Assembly: GCA_002338445.1 (NCBI GenBank)
Contig: DDII01000042.1
Location: 5,023-69,022 of the forward strand
DNA from: Cellvibrionales bacterium UBA1854
Lineage (GTDB): Bacteria; Pseudomonadota; Gammaproteobacteria; Pseudomonadales; Porticoccaceae
DNA: 64,000 nt
Direction: 5' to 3'
This document shows positions 62,148 to 64,000 of this stretch, piece by piece (the stretch's first letter is position 1; each line of letters starts with the position of its first letter). The position numbers were made by a program, and so were the translations under genes. The notes beneath the pieces are model-generated. The model worked only from the letters and a program-made list of their open reading frames with translations, was not told the DNA's origin and made no database searches.

Positions 62148-63343
62148 ATGAATTCAAAATCATTCGGCTTTAAAAATATCTAAACTGCTTTACTGTAACC
62201 TATTCTGTAAATTCATAAAGTAGGCGGAGTGTTGTAGTTTAATACATAATATGCATAGCTAATCAAATAAGCATCTATTTGACCCCAATATTGGTTATAA
62301 AAGCTTTTTAATTAACCAATCAATTCGTATGTTTTAACGGCTGTTCCACTGGTGATGATTGAATTGAAAACGATGCTATTTGGTGATACGCCACGTCTGG
62401 GCATGCAATATTTGGTATCCATTGGCGGCTCACTAATACTTCGTTACCATAAGCCATTTGCAACAGAACAATTTTCGAGATCAGTCTCTTGTTATTGAAG
62501 GCGAAATGAACAATATTGATCTTAATGGACTGAAGTCTTATTGAGTTCTTTTCACTGTCTCTACACATGCTAAGTTTAATTTATAATGCTGGTTTAATAC
62601 ACAGTTTTATTGACTGCTTTCTCAAAACGTTTTTATGTCTGATCGGTTCACGTGGTCTTCTTCCTATTCAAAAAATCTAACACTAATTATCAGTGGGATG
62701 GAGGTCCTCTTTTAATCTTGATCGCATAAAATTAAGATTTAATTTTGCTTTATACCTTCCGGCTTATAAAGTATTAAATGATGAGGCAGATAATAAAACT
62801 ATATTATGAGTGACTAGGGAACTCATCATTTGTCAATGTTGATGACGGGATTAAAGAAACTCTTTGAGAGCATGTCAAATTACTTAATTTACACCTCAAA
62901 AATATAGTCGGGTTAATATTACTACTAAGAACTTGAAGTTGTAATCTTAGCATCTGTTATTATGAGATCACTTTGTATCATGACTAAACTTTTCTATTTC
63001 AGATAGATTCAATGAGAATTATGTATAGCGAAGTGGAGATGGATATTTTGAAGTTCTGAGTCATTAAGGAACATTCCGATTATTATAGGTGTATGGCTTC
63101 GATGAGCCTATGTCCGAGGACATCAATCAAATTAGATTGGCTGATATGTTATTTCACTTTGTAATAAAGCGTGGCGCCAGATATTTATAGTTGAGGCTTT
63201 TAGGGACTTGAGTTAATGCTCGATACTTTTAAAAAACTTACAAAGCAGTTGTGGAGATCTCCTTCGACGGATAAACTCGCCCCTTTTCCGAAGTGTTAAA
63301 ATTTTACGATAGCGCACTGACTTTTTAATATGGAGATTTTTTC

Positions 63344-63769
63344 ATGTCAATCGAACACACCCTCTCAATTATAAAACCAGATGCCGTTTCAAAGAACGCG
63401 ATCGGCAGTATCTTGGCTCGTTTTGAGGGAGCGGGTCTAAGAATAATCGCTTGTAAAATGCAGCAATTATCAACTGAAAAAGCTGAAGGCTTTTATAATG
63501 AACATCGAGAGCGTCCTTTTTTTCGGGATCTTGTGAAATTTATGACTTCTGGACCGGTTGTAGTTCAGGTGTTATCCGGCGATCACGCGATTTCTCTTAA
63601 TCGAAAGCTCATGGGTGCAACTAATCCGCAAGAGGCTGAGCCAGGAACTATTAGATCAGATTTTGCTACATCAATTGATGCTAACGCCGTACACGGATCC
63701 GACTCGGCTAGCTCTGCAAAGCGTGAAATTGCATATTTTTTCCGTGAAGATGAAATATGCGGTCGGTGA
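63344..63769 (+). CDS. ndk: Nucleoside diphosphate kinase
   Basis: 141 aa. Motifs [18 protein letters not shown] and active-site NAVHGSDS. Confidence 0.97.
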   Translation: MSIEHTLSIIKPDAVSKNAIGSILARFEGAGLRIIACKMQQLSTEKAEGFYNEHRERPFFRDLVKFMTSGPVVVQVLSGDHAISLNRKLMGATNPQEAEPGTIRSDFATSIDANAVHGSDSASSAKREIAYFFREDEICGR

Positions 63770-63790
63770 CAAACGAGAAGTGATGCATTT

Positions 63791-64000
63791 ATGTCATTTT
63801 CATTTGAGGTAAGAGAAAACCGTAAGCCTGCTAAGAAAATCAACTTGATGGGTATGCCAACCGAGAAAGTGGAGAATTTCTTTGCAGAATTAGGGGAAAA
63901 GCGGTTTAGAGCAACTCAAATACTTCAGTGGATCCATCAGAAAGGCGTCTTAGATATCGAAAGTATGACGAACTTTTCCAAACCGCTTCGTCGAAAACTG
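63791..64000 (+). CDS. rlmN: 23S rRNA/tRNA (adenine-C2)-methyltransferase RlmN, 5' fragment (runs off window)
   Basis: My own translation of an open frame not in the ORF track: MSFSFEVRENRKPAKKINLMGMPTEKVENFFAELGEKRFRATQILQWIHQKG... This matches the RlmN N-terminus (FRA.QI..WI) and the ndk-rlmN synteny. Confidence 0.85.
   Translation, partial: MSFSFEVRENRKPAKKINLMGMPTEKVENFFAELGEKRFRATQILQWIHQKGVLDIESMTNFSKPLRRKL

Noticed and set aside
62776-62831. 10-bp inverted repeat AAATGATGAG / CTCATCATTT with a 36-nt spacer in the tag-ndk spacer, considered as a mobile-element end or sRNA hairpin.
   Set aside because: AT-rich, single occurrence, with no matching partner at the other end of the islet and no flanking direct repeats.
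1-64000. Scanned for CRISPR repeats, transposase or integrase genes, phage modules, toxin-antitoxin pairs and known defence-system signatures.
   Set aside because: None found. Every sizeable ORF is accounted for by a housekeeping family or a conserved hypothetical in conserved synteny. The RatA-family protein is the Coq10-like housekeeping homolog next to smpB, not a mobile TA module.

Overview
This window is AT-rich gammaproteobacterial chromosome, densely packed with about 70 housekeeping genes and very short intergenic spacers. The gene order, as I recall it, follows Pseudomonas/Oceanospirillales-type core synteny. The blocks are: lolB-TPR / hemA-prfA-prmC-rhlB; smpB / NSS transporter-ratA; bamE / fur; dksA-gluQ-pcnB-folK-(dNK)-panB; sfsA; cysE / smp-like / serB-efp-epmA / second cysE; zapG / zapE-rplM-rpsI-petA-pet(B-C fusion)-sspA-sspB; dolP-diaA-lpoA / rsmI; metG-rnfA-rnfD-rnfG-rnfE-pyrC-rnt; apbC-dcd; purM-purN plus two conserved hypotheticals; DUF2066-like-hda; sppA; wrbA; tlpA-like-fpr; bfr-like; suhB / trmJ-iscSUA-hscBA-fdx-iscX; a tag-like gene; ndk-rlmN (truncated by the window end). 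I found no rRNA, tRNA, tmRNA, CRISPR array, transposase, integrase, phage gene or recognisable defence gene, so most of the window is ordinary core genome. The most unusual feature is a tightly coupled four-gene rnfA-D-G-E operon. It lacks rnfB and rnfC, and all four conserved RnfA/RnfE cysteine Fe-S ligands are substituted, while the RnfD/RnfG flavinylation motifs are kept. Other anomalies: (1) an in-frame cytochrome b-c1 fusion; (2) an Smp/YtjB-like membrane protein with an extra C-terminal domain resembling a degenerate nucleotidyl-cyclase fold; (3) an isc operon without iscR; (4) two cysE paralogs bracketing serB-efp-epmA; (5) an ORF-poor, visibly lower-GC insertion of about 2.7 kb between iscX and ndk carrying a Tag-like glycosylase variant. 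All functional calls rest on motif and family recognition by eye plus synteny. No database search was run.
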